The position numbers and the translations under genes are program-made. From Candidatus Eiseniibacteriota bacterium (GTDB lineage: Bacteria; Eisenbacteria; RBG-16-71-46), in contig CAVSAC010000019.1 of the NCBI GenBank assembly GCA_963725865.1, positions 32,001 through 96,000 on the forward strand: a stretch of 64,000 nucleotides of DNA. The letters run 5' to 3'. Shown one piece after another: positions 61,144-64,000 of the stretch (its first letter is position 1; each line of letters opens with the position of its first letter). The notes under the pieces were generated by a model, which saw only the letters and a program-made list of their open reading frames with translations, had not been told where the DNA came from and searched no databases.

Positions 61144-64000
61144 TTACTGGATGCCGCCGATGCTGCCCACGCGGGTGCCGCGCTCGAGGTAGATCTCCTT
61201 CTGGTCCTTGATCCCGATGCGGAAGTAGTACTCCGCCTCGCCGCCCAGGGAGAACGTGCGCGAGAAGATCGCCGTCCAGCAGTGCAGGTCCCGCTGGATC
61301 GAGTACCGCTGGGTCGTCAGCGTGTGGAAGGTGATGTCGTACGACGCCGACCAGTCCACCGCCCAACCGGGGCTGAACTGGTAGCGCGCGACCACGTTCG
61401 CGCTCTGCCGATCGGTCCAGTGCGGCTCGAAGCTGTAGCCGCCGGCGTAGGAGTACGCCAGCCCCAGCGTCCAGGTGTCGTGGAATCCGGTGTCCTGCGC
61501 CTCGTCGCCCGACGGCTTGGCCTCGAGCGGCAGGTCGGGGTTGGACGACAGGCCCGGCCGGCTGCCGACGTTGAAGCCGAGGTAGCTGGTCATGGCGCGG
61601 ACCGGCCGGCCCTGGTACGGGTCGGTGGTCCACGCCAGGTTCGCGTTGAACACGCCGGGCGGCTGCAGGTTGATGTTCGAGCTGAGCGGCGACAGCGGGT
61701 GCTTGGAGCCGCGCTCGCGCCACAGGAAGTCGTAGCTGCCCGAGGTCGTCCACGACAGCAGGTTGTCGAGGCGCTGCACGTCGGAGCCCTTGCGCAGCTT
61801 GGCCTGGAAGCGCTGGTCGAGCGAGAACGACATGCTGGCCGCGCGGAAGCCCGAGATGCCGATGCCCCCGAAGCTGTTGAACCGGCTGCGGCGGGCGCCG
61901 GTGCTGTCGTTGAACGTGAGGGTCTTGAACTCCGGCGAGTAGTTGAAGGAGACGTTCGGGCTCACCACGTGGCGCAGGCCGACCAGCGGTCCCAGGTGCG
62001 GCGCGAACGTGCCGTAGAACGTGGTGCCGGTGCTCACGCCGGTGCTCCAGACCGCGGCCGGCACCACGCGATGGCCCTGCTCGTCGAAGTCGAACACCAC
62101 CGCGTTCCCGCTCACGCGTGGCGCGAAGTTGATCCAGCCGAACAGGCGGCGCGAGTCCGAGAGCCCGCCGTCGCGCCGCGAAGCCGCGGCGCGTCGTGTT
62201 GCTCTGCCCGAGGACGTTCGTCACCACGGCGCTCGAGGAATCGCGGCTCTTCACGAACGCGCGCCGCTCGTACTGCTCGACGAAGCGCGCGGAGAGGCTC
62301 GCGTACAGGGTCCGCAGGCTCTTCTCGAACGGCGTGCCCTTGAACGCGCTGAGCGAGCCGAGCGTGCGGGTGGGGAACGACACCGACAGGCTCGGCCGGG
62401 TCTCCGTCAGGTTCGCCAGGTCGGCCAACTTGCCGACCGCCGGCAGCGGCGAGGGGCCGTTGCCGTCGGGATCCTGCAGCGCGGCGTCGGCGTCGAGGTC
62501 CTGGCGCCGGTCGATGAAGGTGTTGAACGAGGCCCAGTCGGCCGAGTGCGAGACCGCGAGGTTGGAGGTGAGGAAGCGGTTCACGCGCTGCGAGAGCGAG
62601 GCGCCGTACAGGTTGCTCGCGCTGTAGTCGCGGCTCGACACGAACGAGCCGCGCGCGGCCAGCCGCGTGCGCGGCGTCAGCTCCTGGTTGTGCTCGCCGT
62701 AGAAGTCCCAGTCGTCGCGCTCGGTGCGATCGTTGCGCGCGAACGAGGTCTTGAACTGGCCGTCGAGCACGTAGAGCAGCTTGTACTCGCTCTCGGCGCG
62801 GATCACCCACGATGGCTCGGCCTGGTAGTAGTCGCCCGACATCGTGAAGTCCATGTAGTCGTTGGGCGCCCAGTAGTAGCCGGCGTTGCGGATGAACTGC
62901 CCCGCCGTATTGCTGAAGCCGAACTCGAACTGCGGGAACAGGAACCCCGAGTGACGCCCGGGCTTGATCGGGAACACGTAGAACGGCAGCGCGAGCAGCG
63001 GCACGTTCTTGATGTAGAACACCACCGGCTTCGCGACCAGCTTGTCCTTGAGGTAGATCTTCATCCACCGCGCCGCGAAGTGATAGTGCGGCTGGACCAG
63101 GTCGCAGGTGCTGTACGAGCCGCCCATCACGTCGAGCTCGTTGTTGCCGACCTTGCGGATGCGTTCGCCGTGGTACAGACCCTTCTCGTAGGCGGTCTCC
63201 GCCTGGTAGATGGTGCCGACGCGGCTCTCGAGGTCGTACGTCATGAGGTGCCCGGTGACCTGATCGCCGCGGTCCTTGAGCTCCGGCTTGCCCTCGGCGA
63301 CCAGCGTCTGCGCGTCGACGTCGTACTCGACCCGCCGCGAGCGCAGCTCGAGGTCGCCGTACGTGAGGTGCGCCCCCTGGTCGAGCACGATGCGGTTCTT
63401 GGGCACCACGTACTCGATGCGCAGCGCGTCGTAGGAGACCAGCTCGCGCCGCTGCGCGGTCGTGTCGGCGATGTCGACCGCGGGCCGGAACTCGCCCTTG
63501 GCCTGGCCCTGCACGCGGGCGCGGTCGATCTTGCGGTCCTTGAAGAACACCGTGATGGTGTCGCCCAGCGCGAGATTGCGCTCCTGGCTCTTGCCGATCC
63601 GCGTGGGCGCGCCGTACTCGTTGCGCGCGGCCCCGATCGCGATCAGGCTGTCGATGTCCTGGTCGGTGAAGAACACGTCGACCCGGTCGCCGGTGAGGCG
63701 GCTGGTCTCGCCCAGCGTCGTGGGCCGGTCGCCGCGATAGTCCATGACCGCGCGGTTCCGCACGACCACGCGGCGGACGACGCGCTTCTGGCTCCACACC
63801 TCGATGGTGTCGCCGGTCACCACGGTCTCGTCGTCCCACACGCGCGGGCTGCCGAACAGCCAGCCGCGCTCGGCGCGGTCGTCGAACAGCGCGTAGTCGG
63901 CGCGGGCCCGCAGCGTGTCGCTCACGACCAGCACCGAGTCCATCGCCTGCGCGAGGCGCGACTCGGTGTTCACGCGCATGTGCTGCGCGGTCATCGTGGT
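61144..64000 (-). CDS. lptD: LPS-assembly outer membrane protein, 5' end outside the window, frameshift near 62165-62180
   Basis: OstA-like beta-jellyroll, YSTCD...PHY, GFLFP, GYYWA; C-terminal barrel in another frame ending RDLHCW...YYFRIGIK. Confidence 0.85.

Overview
Very GC-rich bacterial chromosome window from an LPS diderm (LptD, two GT9 heptosyltransferases). Several secreted proteins end in a FlgD-Ig/T9SS-CTD-like domain, a pattern typical of FCB-affiliated lineages such as Ca. Eisenbacteria (inference only). About 50 genes, mostly on the minus strand: envelope and secreted hydrolases, tRNA modification (tadA, mnmA, cysteine desulfurase), sulfur amino-acid metabolism (cystathionine beta-synthase, two Cys/Met PLP lyases), hydantoinase/oxoprolinase A+B, CtpA, NagZ, CopA, and a tRNA-Ser(TGA)/Ser(GCT)/Arg(ACG) operon. 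Highlights: (1) a selenoprotein candidate hidden from the ORF track (54296-55750, minus): signal peptide, C-G-U(TGA) motif followed by a SECIS-like hairpin, a 5'-nucleotidase-like domain that has lost its metal ligands, and a four-CXXCH cytochrome c domain, directly upstream of the CBS-CGL genes; (2) a decayed ~2.7 kb island flanked by a ~220 bp repeat made of the promoter, leader and 5' half of tRNA-Ser(TGA), the reverse of the usual 3'-end duplication; (3) a recurrent ECF-type promoter GCAAC-N16/17-CGTA; (4) a candidate structured RNA downstream of tadA; (5) a heme-motif outer-membrane beta-barrel. Frameshifts in lptD and one GT9 are probably sequence errors. All calls are by eye; no database searches were run.
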